DNA of 64,000 nucleotides from Candidatus Dojkabacteria bacterium (lineage in GTDB: Bacteria; Patescibacteriota; Dojkabacteria; J137). Shown one piece after another: positions 19,365 to 28,571 of this stretch. The translations under genes and the position numbers were made by a program. The number at the start of each line of letters is the position of its first letter. Position 1 is the stretch's first letter. Location of the stretch: the NCBI GenBank assembly GCA_040006935.1, contig JBDTVZ010000003.1, forward strand, positions 1,102-65,101. The letters run 5' to 3'. The notes under the pieces were generated by a model, which was not told where the DNA came from, did not search any database, and saw only the letters and a program-made list of their open reading frames with translations.

Positions 19365-21115
19365 TACTGGACTTCTAAATAAAATGTTTGACTATAAATA
19401 TAATCATATGTTCCCATATCCGATGCCCAAGAGTTCCAAAGGTTTTTAAACCACCAACCTCCTAAAGATCTTGAACCTCCATTTGGCCCTGTAAACCAAA
19501 CTTTTTTAACTCTTTGAGATGGATCTCTTTCAAATGAAATTGATGAGATACTACCTCCGATATCACTGATTATAGAATTTAAATAAGACTTTGTCGAATT
19601 GTCGTAATAGTTTGTTGAAGCATTGTATAAAATCATACTTTTTACTCCATCCAAGTTATGCTGATTTGTTGTTGCTTGCCAATATGTATAATAAGTTGCT
19701 GTTGCTAAACCTGTATCATTTACTGATCTTAAATAAGGCAGAGCTGCTCCATCACCTTGTAAGTTCTGAAATATTGTATCGTTATTTGCAGTACCATTCC
19801 CTTGGCTATTATCTGCTGAGTAAAGTGCTTGAATTATAGAACCTCCGTAAGTTAATACTTGACCTCTAGTCTCATCCGCTGCCCATTGAGCATAATGTGT
19901 ACCATTATAAACTTGAGATCTCGCATCTGAATGGAGGAATCCAGCATTATAAATACCATAAGTTCTAAATGCTACAGCTTGTGCCTTAATAGCCTCTTCG
20001 GGCCAACAGCTCCAACCAGATCCATTATCTAAAGCATATTTAGCAGGATTTTGATTTACTTGGTCTTGGTTTCCGCAAGCTCGTCCAGGAACTTCGCCCT
20101 CGCCTGCAACATAATCTTCAATGTTGATAGAACCATATCCTTCAACATTCACAGCACTATTCTCGTAACCACCGACTACATTAACTCCTGTGTAATAGAA
20201 TCTAAGTATATCTTGATATCCATAGCCTCTCGAACCCATCCCATGTGCTCCCCATTGGCTCATTCCAACTCCGTGACCTTGATATAAATCTCTACCTTGG
20301 CTTCTAAATATAAATCCGCCATTTACTGGAATAGAAGGAGTTACTTGTGGCGGTGGATTGGCAAGGATTTGATCTTCCCTTTGCCTTGCTGCTTGTTGTG
20401 CTGCTTCTAATCCATCAATATTCTGTTGAATATTTTGAATTGATGCACCCAGACTATTAGCTTCTGCACTTCCTGAAGCTAATGCACCATTGTAATACGC
20501 AATACGATCTTCTAATTCTTTTTTCTTACTGGCAAGAGTTACTTTTAAATCTTCTAATTCTTTTATTTTACTATCGTAACTATCTATATCTGTAGAGAGT
20601 TTTTTTAAGTCAGATGCTATTGAAAAAATATTTCTTTGCTGTGCACCTGTTAGACTACTTGAATATTGCTCTATTTTTTTATAATCGAATTCTGTATTTA
20701 TAAATTGACCTAAGTCTAATCTGTTACCGCGCCAATCCATATAGGAAGTCTTCAGTGTTTCCTGTTGATCTATTTGCCTTTGCTGCCTTTCTAATTCTTT
20801 AAGTTTTTTACCTTGCTTAGCCACATCAAGCTCAAGTGTTTTTGCTTTAATTTCGGACTCATTTTGTTCTAACTCTGCCTGTAATTTAGGTAATTCTCCA
20901 GTAGTGGCATCAATAGTTGCTTGATAGTCCTTAAGCGTACTTTGAAGTTGGGCTAAATCATTTTGTGACTGAGTTAGTTGTTCTTGTTGTGCTGCAATAT
21001 CGTCTGCAATTTCCTGCGAAGTTTGTGCAAACGAAATAGGACTGATTGCAAATATGGTAATTGCGAAGAAAGCTCCTACAATAGTCACTTTTGTTTTAAT
21101 ATTTCTAATTTTCAT
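19364..21115 (-). CDS. SpoIID/LytB-domain cell-wall remodelling protein with N-terminal signal peptide and long coiled coil
   Basis: C-terminal YQGHGVGMSQWGAHGMGSRGYGYQDILRFYYTGVNV matches the SpoIID/LytB signature (GHGVGMSQxGA...IL..YY.G). N-terminal TM/signal, then a coiled coil of about 200 aa. Confidence 0.7.
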   Translation of the reverse strand: MKIRNIKTKVTIVGAFFAITIFAISPISFAQTSQEIADDIAAQQEQLTQSQNDLAQLQSTLKDYQATIDATTGELPKLQAELEQNESEIKAKTLELDVAKQGKKLKELERQQRQIDQQETLKTSYMDWRGNRLDLGQFINTEFDYKKIEQYSSSLTGAQQRNIFSIASDLKKLSTDIDSYDSKIKELEDLKVTLASKKKELEDRIAYYNGALASGSAEANSLGASIQNIQQNIDGLEAAQQAARQREDQILANPPPQVTPSIPVNGGFIFRSQGRDLYQGHGVGMSQWGAHGMGSRGYGYQDILRFYYTGVNVVGGYENSAVNVEGYGSINIEDYVAGEGEVPGRACGNQDQVNQNPAKYALDNGSGWSCWPEEAIKAQAVAFRTYGIYNAGFLHSDARSQVYNGTHYAQWAADETRGQVLTYGGSIIQALYSADNSQGNGTANNDTIFQNLQGDGAALPYLRSVNDTGLATATYYTYWQATTNQHNLDGVKSMILYNASTNYYDNSTKSYLNSIISDIGGSISSISFERDPSQRVKKVWFTGPNGGSRSLGGWWFKNLWNSWASDMGTYDYIYSQTFYLEVQ

Positions 21116-22638
21116 TATGCAAAATTTATTAAAAGAACTTGTCGAGATTGCATTAAATTATTTACAAAATCTAAGATTTCCTGAACAAAGTTACAATTTA
21201 CAATTAAAATTGGTAATAGGTTAGTATTTACATTTACTGACCCACTCTCTCTACCCATTTGTTCTAAAATTTGTGCTTCTAACTCTGGCTTCATTTTACC
21301 TTCTAAACTAAATTCTATATTTTCTTTTTCTATTTTTAAGATATCAACTTCCCTTCTCTTTTTATAATATTCTTCTGTATTAATGCTTTTTGATTCGATC
21401 TCTTTCAATTTAGAATCTGTGTCTATTTGTTCTTTTAAAAGTTTTGTCTTTCCCTCAGATAACTGTGTCAAATTCTTATCTCCTAGTCGTGTGTTCATTG
21501 TTGTTTCGATAAGAGATAACTCACCTTGCAATGCGTTTACCCATGCTGTGTTTAGAATCAACCTATTTTCATCTAAATCCATTTTAGGTGATAGTTGATT
21601 GTTCGAATCAACATCTACATCATCATTGGTAAACCTACCTTCATATCTATTAGCATACCTATTGATGTTCACTAGCAACATCAATACTAGCAAAGTTACA
21701 GCACTAAATAATCCTATAAATAATTGTACCAGTTGAAGTGTAATTATAAAAAATAGTAATGAAAATATACATTGCAGAACTACAAGTGCAACCATCCATT
21801 TTGCTATGAATAAAGGCATCTCTGGGCCTTCTTCTTCTATGTTTCTACCTGGAGTTTTTTTTACAGTTCGAAGATTTGAAGCTAACATTTGTGATCTGCT
21901 TTCTTTTATTTTTTCAACTTTTTGTGAGATTGTTGAGTCCGTTGTAATATTATTAAATTTTGTTAGCTCTTGTTTAATTCTATTCTGAGATTCTATAAGC
22001 ATATTTACCGACGAGAGTTTATCGTCGATAGCTTTCACTTCACGATCTATTCGTTCTTTATCTTTTTTAATTTCTTCTTTATTTTTCTTCTCATTTTGAT
22101 AAGAACTCACCTCAACTTCCATATTCTTTATCTTGACGCTTACTTCTCTATATCTAACTAACTTATCTGATTCTTCCTTGGAAAGTCCCTGTGAAGCTTG
22201 AGTTACAAGGGCTTCTATATTCCCGTCAGGTGAATTATTGATAGGTAAAAATTTTGAAGTTAATTCAGCTAAATTTGTAATTCCTGCTTTATTACAATCG
22301 AGGATTATTTCTTTCCAGGATTCATTATTAATATTCAAACCTGTTTTTTCTGAAAGGATTTGATAGATATTCCCAGGAGTTTCGATACTATTTACAAGAA
22401 TTTTCAGGGTTTTTGTTTGATAGTCCTTTACAAGAGTAATTTTTTCATTTAGTAATTGCATTTCTATTTCCGATGTTTGAATTGTATTGGTTTCTGGGAA
22501 ATTAGTTAGCGAAATTAAATCATTAACTAAAAAAACTAACTTAGAAGATGGAGATAATGTATTTCGAAAATCAATTTCAAAAGTCTCTGATTGTGTTATG
22601 ACTACTCTATATTTTGATATAGACAAAGAATAAGTCAC
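21115..22638 (-). CDS. hypothetical coiled-coil membrane protein
   Basis: 507 aa. Central hydrophobic segment (LFIAKWMVALVVLQCIFSLLFFIITLQLVQLFIGLFSAVTLLVLMLLV). Flanking K/E-rich coiled-coil regions. Its stop overlaps the downstream start. Confidence 0.5.
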   Translation of the reverse strand: MTYSLSISKYRVVITQSETFEIDFRNTLSPSSKLVFLVNDLISLTNFPETNTIQTSEIEMQLLNEKITLVKDYQTKTLKILVNSIETPGNIYQILSEKTGLNINNESWKEIILDCNKAGITNLAELTSKFLPINNSPDGNIEALVTQASQGLSKEESDKLVRYREVSVKIKNMEVEVSSYQNEKKNKEEIKKDKERIDREVKAIDDKLSSVNMLIESQNRIKQELTKFNNITTDSTISQKVEKIKESRSQMLASNLRTVKKTPGRNIEEEGPEMPLFIAKWMVALVVLQCIFSLLFFIITLQLVQLFIGLFSAVTLLVLMLLVNINRYANRYEGRFTNDDVDVDSNNQLSPKMDLDENRLILNTAWVNALQGELSLIETTMNTRLGDKNLTQLSEGKTKLLKEQIDTDSKLKEIESKSINTEEYYKKRREVDILKIEKENIEFSLEGKMKPELEAQILEQMGRESGSVNVNTNLLPILIVNCNFVQEILDFVNNLMQSRQVLLINFA

Positions 22639-22733
22639 CCTATTTTAATTATAATAGTTAAAGTGCATATATATTCTACCGCAATGAAAGTATTGATGCT
22701 AGTAGTTCGTTAAGAAGATAGTCAATTTTTATA

Positions 22734-23486
22734 TTATTCGTTAGAGATTCTTTCTAATTTCCAAATATTGTTCTCACATCTGAAGATATAAGTCTTTGTG
22801 GCTGTTGTGCAGGTCTGAGGATCACCATTTGTTGGACAAGCAAGTCCTGTTAAGCTTCCAATGGAAGAGCTAGATAAGCTTGTTCTTGTCAAATCATCGC
22901 ATGAAGCGAACTGTGATCCATTTGGATCTGTACATAAATCGGTGAAGAAAAATTGGAAACCAATTCCAATGTTATTACCTCCAGTTAAACCTTGATAGCA
23001 TTTGACTTGATTATTTACTCCAAGAAGTTTGAATATCGTAACTAGTATTGGAACAGCAAGGAAAACCAACATAAATCCAATAATATAATTAAGAATTCTC
23101 TTTCTAATTTCTGTAATTTTAGTTACATCTCCTCTTGAGATTAAGTATTGATAACCCAGGTAAACTAGTAATAGGAACGAAAATGTGGCAACTATTGCCC
23201 ATATTGCATACACTACTCTAACAAAAAGGACTTCCAACTCCTGGAGTGCGGGTGGTTTTAAAACAGCCTTTATCCTAACTCCATCTTCATCAATACAATA
23301 AAACTCTCCTTGTGCAGAATCAAATTGAACTGTTGCAGAAATCAATGTTCCGTCTTGTTTAAAACATTGATAGCTACTGGCATTGTTCCCGGAAAAAGGG
23401 GCTTCCTGTATTTGTGCTTTTACTACAGGCGATATGAGTGCGAATAGAACAAAAAATGCTACTGAAGTCAGTATAGACTTTCTCAT
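22734..23486 (-). CDS. pilin-like two-TM protein paralog 1 (signal peptide, Cys-rich N- and C-terminal ectodomains)
   Basis: Signal peptide. TM - LISRGDVTKITEIRKRILNYIIGFMLVF - TM core shared with the five downstream paralogs. Cys-rich C-terminal tail. Confidence 0.5.
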   Translation of the reverse strand: MRKSILTSVAFFVLFALISPVVKAQIQEAPFSGNNASSYQCFKQDGTLISATVQFDSAQGEFYCIDEDGVRIKAVLKPPALQELEVLFVRVVYAIWAIVATFSFLLLVYLGYQYLISRGDVTKITEIRKRILNYIIGFMLVFLAVPILVTIFKLLGVNNQVKCYQGLTGGNNIGIGFQFFFTDLCTDPNGSQFASCDDLTRTSLSSSSIGSLTGLACPTNGDPQTCTTATKTYIFRCENNIWKLERISNE

Positions 23487-23968
23487 AGGTTAGGCTTGAC
23501 TGTATTTGGAATAACGTTATTGATTTCGTTTAAATCTCCTCCAACACTTGCGTTAAAGAATGCAAGGATAATAACTATTCCAATAATACCAATGAACAAA
23601 GCAGCTATACCTATAAATACAGATTTAATAGCTTTTTGTGCTTCTTGAATTTTTGTATCGTCACCTTCACTCCTAATGTATTTGATTGCAGCTCTTATAA
23701 TTATGTAAATTGAAACTACAATAATACCAATGAAGATTAATTGTAATGCTAATCTTACTAGGGAAACTCCTGCTCCAACAGCAACCGATCCGTCAACTTG
23801 ATCTCCGCACAATGTACCTGCTCCAAAGCCTAGGTTTTGAATAAATGGAAATATTGTACAAATCAAATTCTGTGCATGGACTGGCATTGCAAACAATATA
23901 TTATTTAAACTGAACAATGAAAATACTAATGTTGAGATTGCAAATATTTTCTTTGAGATATCTTTCAT
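23483..23968 (-). CDS. pilin-like two-TM protein paralog 2
   Basis: Signal peptide. TM1 - IRSEGDDTKIQEAQKAIKSVFIGIAALF - TM2. 4-nt overlap with the upstream gene. Confidence 0.55.
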   Translation of the reverse strand: MKDISKKIFAISTLVFSLFSLNNILFAMPVHAQNLICTIFPFIQNLGFGAGTLCGDQVDGSVAVGAGVSLVRLALQLIFIGIIVVSIYIIIRAAIKYIRSEGDDTKIQEAQKAIKSVFIGIAALFIGIIGIVIILAFFNASVGGDLNEINNVIPNTVKPNL

Positions 23969-24034
23969 GAATTGTTAATTAAAATATACTTTTATTTATA
24001 TTATAAGAATTATCCTGTCAATGTCAAAAAGAAT

Positions 24035-24403
24035 TTACAAAGGAATGGTTACTCCTGGAGGAACAATGGGAGTTGTATTAATAATTCCCCCTGCTCCAAA
24101 GAATGCTATGACCACTACAAGTCCGATTAATCCAACGAATATGAGCACTATTCCAATAAATACGCCCTTAACCATTGAATATCCTTCTTGTATTTTAGTA
24201 GGATCCCCTTCACTTCTGACAATCTTTAGAACAGCTTTAACTACAATGACAATTCCATAAATAATAATAATGGCAAATATAGAAGCCATACCTATTCTTA
24301 ATAAACCTCCAATACTTGTAAAATTCCAAAAAGGTGAGTTTAGAAATTGAGTACAACCTAATAATCCACATCCAGTTTGATTATCGAAAAACATTCTACT
24401 CAA
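24035..24403 (-). CDS. pilin-like two-TM protein paralog 3
   Basis: TM1 - VRSEGDPTKIQEGYSMVKGVFIGIVLIF - TM2, with a Gly-rich C-terminus. Confidence 0.55.
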   Translation of the reverse strand: MSRMFFDNQTGCGLLGCTQFLNSPFWNFTSIGGLLRIGMASIFAIIIIYGIVIVVKAVLKIVRSEGDPTKIQEGYSMVKGVFIGIVLIFVGLIGLVVVIAFFGAGGIINTTPIVPPGVTIPL

Positions 24404-24469
24404 TTAAAAATTATAAATTAAGAATTATAAGAAGGACTAAAATTCTAGAACCTTTATAATCCCTCATTT

Positions 24470-25009
24470 TTAATTTTGTGAGCTTAAACCGCAAACCTGA
24501 GAAGCAAACGTGGTAGGGTCTTCTCCAGCCGGTGCATTAAAATATGCTTTGAAATAATATTCATACTCTGTATTTGGGCAGCCACTGAACATTTTAGGCC
24601 AATTGAAAATACTACCTATTCCTAATACAAATCCAATTACTGTTAATAATATTGGTATTAAAAAAGTTAAAGCTACGCCAACTAAGCTTGCCTGGATCTT
24701 TTTGTACGACTCTGATAATTTTTCAGGATCTCCTTCACTCCTTACTGCATCTAATCCTGCAAGAAGAATTCTAACAATCCATAGAATTATAACTAAAATG
24801 ATAATTACACTCCCAGCAAATGTGATCCAAGAAAGTACAGTGAAGTACTGGGGATTTATAGAACCAAAAACTGGGAAGAAAGGAATTATAATCGGGTCTA
24901 TATTTAATTTATTACCGGTGATATCTAACGCCTGTGCGTGAAGAACTAAAGGTGAGAAAATAGACAATGAGCCTAAAATTGTTAAGAGCGTTTTCTTTAA
25001 ATTTTTCAT
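24470..25009 (-). CDS. pilin-like two-TM protein paralog 4
   Basis: Signal peptide. TM1 - VRSEGDPEKLSESYKKIQASLVGVALTFL - TM2. C-terminal tail with two Cys. Confidence 0.55.
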   Translation of the reverse strand: MKNLKKTLLTILGSLSIFSPLVLHAQALDITGNKLNIDPIIIPFFPVFGSINPQYFTVLSWITFAGSVIIILVIILWIVRILLAGLDAVRSEGDPEKLSESYKKIQASLVGVALTFLIPILLTVIGFVLGIGSIFNWPKMFSGCPNTEYEYYFKAYFNAPAGEDPTTFASQVCGLSSQN

Positions 25010-25011
25010 TT

Positions 25012-25641
25012 TTAAGTTATAACAATTTCTGTACCTGTATTGGTAACATTAAGATCATTCAAATTCCCAATTCCTAATACTGTTGCTACAAATTGGATTA
25101 TAAATATAAATGACCAAGCAAGTATAAACCCAATTATTAAATTTACAATCTCCTTGTTTATTTTTGAAATATCATCACTTGAAGTTACTCCTGGTCTAAT
25201 TACTGCACCAAGATAAGCTCCTCGAGCTAAAGCATATATTGAAACTATTCCTAAGAAAGTTGATATTATTGCATTAATTAATGAAGGTATGCTTCCAGAT
25301 GAGAATGAAAATTTTGTTCCAAAAATATTAAAGGATCGAATTAAGCTTGCATCCCCAGGATCTATTGTCCCGATTGTACCCCCTCCATTACATTTATTAG
25401 AGCAACAAATTGTTTGTGGATTTAGGAATTTCGCATTTGAACATGAAAAATCGGGAACGTAGCAATTTGTATCGTTTTGGGATTTACAAGCAGTTGGACA
25501 TGCATCTGGTATTCCAAAGGGTGCCTGGCAACCAGCGGGGAATCCTGAATCTGCATTGATTTTATTTACGGATTCGAAGGATAATAGCGCAAAGAAAAAT
25601 ATGCTTAACAAAAGAATACTTTTTGAATATCTTTTAATCAT
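25012..25641 (-). CDS. pilin-like two-TM protein paralog 5 (Cys-rich N-terminal ectodomain)
   Basis: Signal peptide. Roughly 80-aa Cys-rich region (CQAPFGIPDACPTACKSQNDTNCYVPDFSCSNAKFLNPQTICCSNKC). TM1 - IRPGVTSSDDISKINKEIVNLIIGFILA - TM2. Confidence 0.5.
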   Translation of the reverse strand: MIKRYSKSILLLSIFFFALLSFESVNKINADSGFPAGCQAPFGIPDACPTACKSQNDTNCYVPDFSCSNAKFLNPQTICCSNKCNGGGTIGTIDPGDASLIRSFNIFGTKFSFSSGSIPSLINAIISTFLGIVSIYALARGAYLGAVIRPGVTSSDDISKINKEIVNLIIGFILAWSFIFIIQFVATVLGIGNLNDLNVTNTGTEIVIT

Positions 25642-25650
25642 ATTTATTAA

Positions 25651-25959
25651 TTAACCTCCAGATAAACCTAATCCTTGTACTCCTATTAATCCTGCTACAA
25701 AATTTACAATTGTTGGTGCAAGAACTGCCAATACAAAACCAATTATTGCAGCAATGATGATTTTTCTCGCACTCGAAACTTGCTCTGCATTGTCTCTAGC
25801 AGTTAAATACTGAAAAGCTCCAAATAAAAGCATTGCTGCAAATGTTAATAAGAACACAGGGACAACTAATCTTGTAATGGCGTTAATAATATCTTCTAAA
25901 TTATTGAATACAGTGGGGTTTGGGATTTGAAAAGCTTTTCCACTATTAGTTACGTCCAT
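25651..25959 (-). CDS. pilin-like two-TM protein paralog 6
   Basis: 102 aa. TM1 - LTARDNAEQVSSARKIIIAAIIGFVLAV - TM2. Most diverged member of the array. Confidence 0.5.
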   Translation of the reverse strand: MDVTNSGKAFQIPNPTVFNNLEDIINAITRLVVPVFLLTFAAMLLFGAFQYLTARDNAEQVSSARKIIIAAIIGFVLAVLAPTIVNFVAGLIGVQGLGLSGG

Positions 25960-25982
25960 ATTATTTTATTAAAATCTAGATT

Positions 25983-28571
25983 CTATTTAATTTCTTTAAC
26001 TTCAAGTCCACTAAAGTAAACATCGTTTCCTGATTTTAGTCTACCTTGAATTATTAAGTTTGCCAATATATCTTCAATGTTATCTTGCACAACTCTCTTT
26101 AATTCTCGGGCACCATAGATTGGATTGTACGCAAGTGCTGAAAGTTCTTCCAAAGTTTTTTCATCCCAGAATACAGACATACCTTTTGTTTCAAGGTTAC
26201 GATCCAATGCTTTTAGATTAATTTCAACAACCTCTTTGATCTCTTCTTGATTTAAGGACTTAAACATAATTAATTTATCAAATCTGTTTAAGAATTCGAT
26301 TCTGAACTCCTTTCGAAGAATTGGTGCGGTTTCTTTAAGGACTTCATTATATTTTTCCCCCCTCTCAATTAATTCTGCAATTTGTTCGGATGCGGCATTG
26401 GATGTCATTATTATGATTGTATTTGTGAAATCTACTTTTCTACTCATGCCATCAGTTATCGATCCTTCATCTAGTACTTGAAGGAATAAATCTAGAACTT
26501 TTTTATTAGCCTTTTCAATTTCGTCTAACAGAATTAGTGAATATGGTTTTAATTTAACAGCATCCGTTAGATAGCCTCCCACAAAATTACCACCATTATC
26601 AGTATAACCAATAAGCCTATTCAAGTTTGACTCTTCTTGGTATTCGGACATATCTATTCGAATCATTAAGTTTGAGCTACCATAATAAACGTCCGCTAGA
26701 GTTTTTGCGGACTCGGTTTTCCCCACTCCTGTTGGACCATAAAATAAGAAACTCGCTACCGGTTTTTGCTTGAAGCCACTAAGTCCTGACCTTGCTCTTC
26801 TGATTGCCATAGCGATACTTTTAATCGCATCGTCTTGACCCACGACTCCTTCATGCATGGTATCTTCCAGCTTCATTAATCGTTCGGATTCTCCTTGATC
26901 CACTGTTCCTATATTTATTCCCACTTTACTAGAGATTAATTGCTCTGCGATTTGATTATTTAGGTAATTAAGCCCTTGGCTTTTTGCTAATAGTATTGCT
27001 TCCTCTAAAAGATCGATACCCTTATCTGGCATTGATCTTTCGGCTTCAAATCTAGGAGCGAATTCAACTATTTTTTTAATTGCACTTACCTGAACTTTAA
27101 TTCCATATTTATTTTCTAGCTTATCTAATTCGTCTACTAGGATTTGCTGAGAAAGATAACTTGAAGGTTCTTTAATTTCGACAACTTCGAAAAGAGATGC
27201 GAGAGACTTTATGGGTTTAATGTATTTATTGTAAATTGTAAGGTTACTTGTCGCTATTAACCTTAATTTAAGCGCATCAATAGCATTAACTAACAGATTT
27301 ACTACTTCCATCCGACCTTCTTCTCGTATTGACATTACTTGTCCTATCTCTTCTAAAACTAGGATAATATTTCCTGAATTTTTTACTTCCTCTAAGCATT
27401 TTTGAATTATTGCTTTGAAACTATCTATAGAGCCTGCTTTAGTTAAAACCTTATTAAGATCAATGGTAATTAATCTCGAATCCTGAAGGCTGGCTGGAAC
27501 ATCCTCTACGCTCATTTTTGTAGCAAGATACTTTACAAGAGTGGTTTTACCAACGCCAGGTTCTCCAAGTAATAGACATGCCGCTCCTGAACCTTTTTGA
27601 AGAATTCTTAGAAAGTTAGATATTTCGATTTCACGTCCTATCGAAGTTGTAAATTCACCTTTGGCAGATCTCGCAGTTAGGTCCTCTGAGTAAATATCCA
27701 AAGTTGGGGTAGCACGAGAAGTATATGACCGGTTGATAGGGCCTGTGGGTTTAAGTTTAGAAATAATTTTCCATCTTTTGTAATAATTTTCTTTTCTTAA
27801 TTCGTTTTTTTGCCAAACTTCAAGTGAATTAATGTCTAATTCGTTTACTCCAAAGCTTAATAAAGCACTTTTTAAAACTCCTCTACATAAAACAAAGAAC
27901 ATTGTTACCACATCGATTTTGTCTCCTCCTAAAAATATTGCTTCTTGAGTACTAGCTACTAAAAGACCAATATAATTGGAAGTGAAAGTGCAATCAATCG
28001 TTTGCAAATACGACATGGATTTCTGAATTATATTTGAAGAATTTACCCCTAATCTTTTCTCAATCAGTTCCCGAAGATTTGAATGATTTAATACATACGA
28101 AATGAAAATTTTAAGAAAGTCTTTTTCAGATTCAAAGTATAAGTTATCTAAAACAGTTAAAAGTTCCACGGTCAAAAATTCATTTATAATCAGTCCATTT
28201 CTTTTTCCTTTAGTTGCCCTATCCAACTCTTTTGGTAAGTTTGTAATTCGATCAGAATCGAGAAATTCTTCTCTATTTCGTTTAAGGAAGAGTCCATAAA
28301 GCCCTACTGGCATTGCCATATAAGCTAAGAGATATTCAAAAGAGCTGGGGAATAAATAACCTTGTAAATCGAATCCAGTAAAAAATATTGTTATAAAAAG
28401 ACTAGATAAAATAATTAATATAGCTAAAACAACAAGTGCGTTACCAAAACTTTTTTCAATAGTAATTTTATTCTTTAGCCCCCCTCTATCTTTAAATAAA
28501 TGAGATAAATCTATCCGGACATCTACCCCATTAACTGTTCCTATTTTTTGAGTTCCTCTTAATATTTTCAT
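25983..28571 (-). CDS. Clp/Hsp100-family double AAA+ ATPase (ClpC/ClpB-like) with N-terminal transmembrane extension
   Basis: N-terminal region of about 100 aa with two hydrophobic helices. Clp_N-like repeats follow. D1 Walker A LLLGEPGVGKTTL preceded by DLTARSAKGEFTTSIGREIEI. D2 FLFYGPTGVGKTE...RLIGYTDNGGNFVGGYLTDAV...LLDEIEKA. Confidence 0.75.
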   Translation of the reverse strand: MKILRGTQKIGTVNGVDVRIDLSHLFKDRGGLKNKITIEKSFGNALVVLAILIILSSLFITIFFTGFDLQGYLFPSSFEYLLAYMAMPVGLYGLFLKRNREEFLDSDRITNLPKELDRATKGKRNGLIINEFLTVELLTVLDNLYFESEKDFLKIFISYVLNHSNLRELIEKRLGVNSSNIIQKSMSYLQTIDCTFTSNYIGLLVASTQEAIFLGGDKIDVVTMFFVLCRGVLKSALLSFGVNELDINSLEVWQKNELRKENYYKRWKIISKLKPTGPINRSYTSRATPTLDIYSEDLTARSAKGEFTTSIGREIEISNFLRILQKGSGAACLLLGEPGVGKTTLVKYLATKMSVEDVPASLQDSRLITIDLNKVLTKAGSIDSFKAIIQKCLEEVKNSGNIILVLEEIGQVMSIREEGRMEVVNLLVNAIDALKLRLIATSNLTIYNKYIKPIKSLASLFEVVEIKEPSSYLSQQILVDELDKLENKYGIKVQVSAIKKIVEFAPRFEAERSMPDKGIDLLEEAILLAKSQGLNYLNNQIAEQLISSKVGINIGTVDQGESERLMKLEDTMHEGVVGQDDAIKSIAMAIRRARSGLSGFKQKPVASFLFYGPTGVGKTESAKTLADVYYGSSNLMIRIDMSEYQEESNLNRLIGYTDNGGNFVGGYLTDAVKLKPYSLILLDEIEKANKKVLDLFLQVLDEGSITDGMSRKVDFTNTIIIMTSNAASEQIAELIERGEKYNEVLKETAPILRKEFRIEFLNRFDKLIMFKSLNQEEIKEVVEINLKALDRNLETKGMSVFWDEKTLEELSALAYNPIYGARELKRVVQDNIEDILANLIIQGRLKSGNDVYFSGLEVKEIK

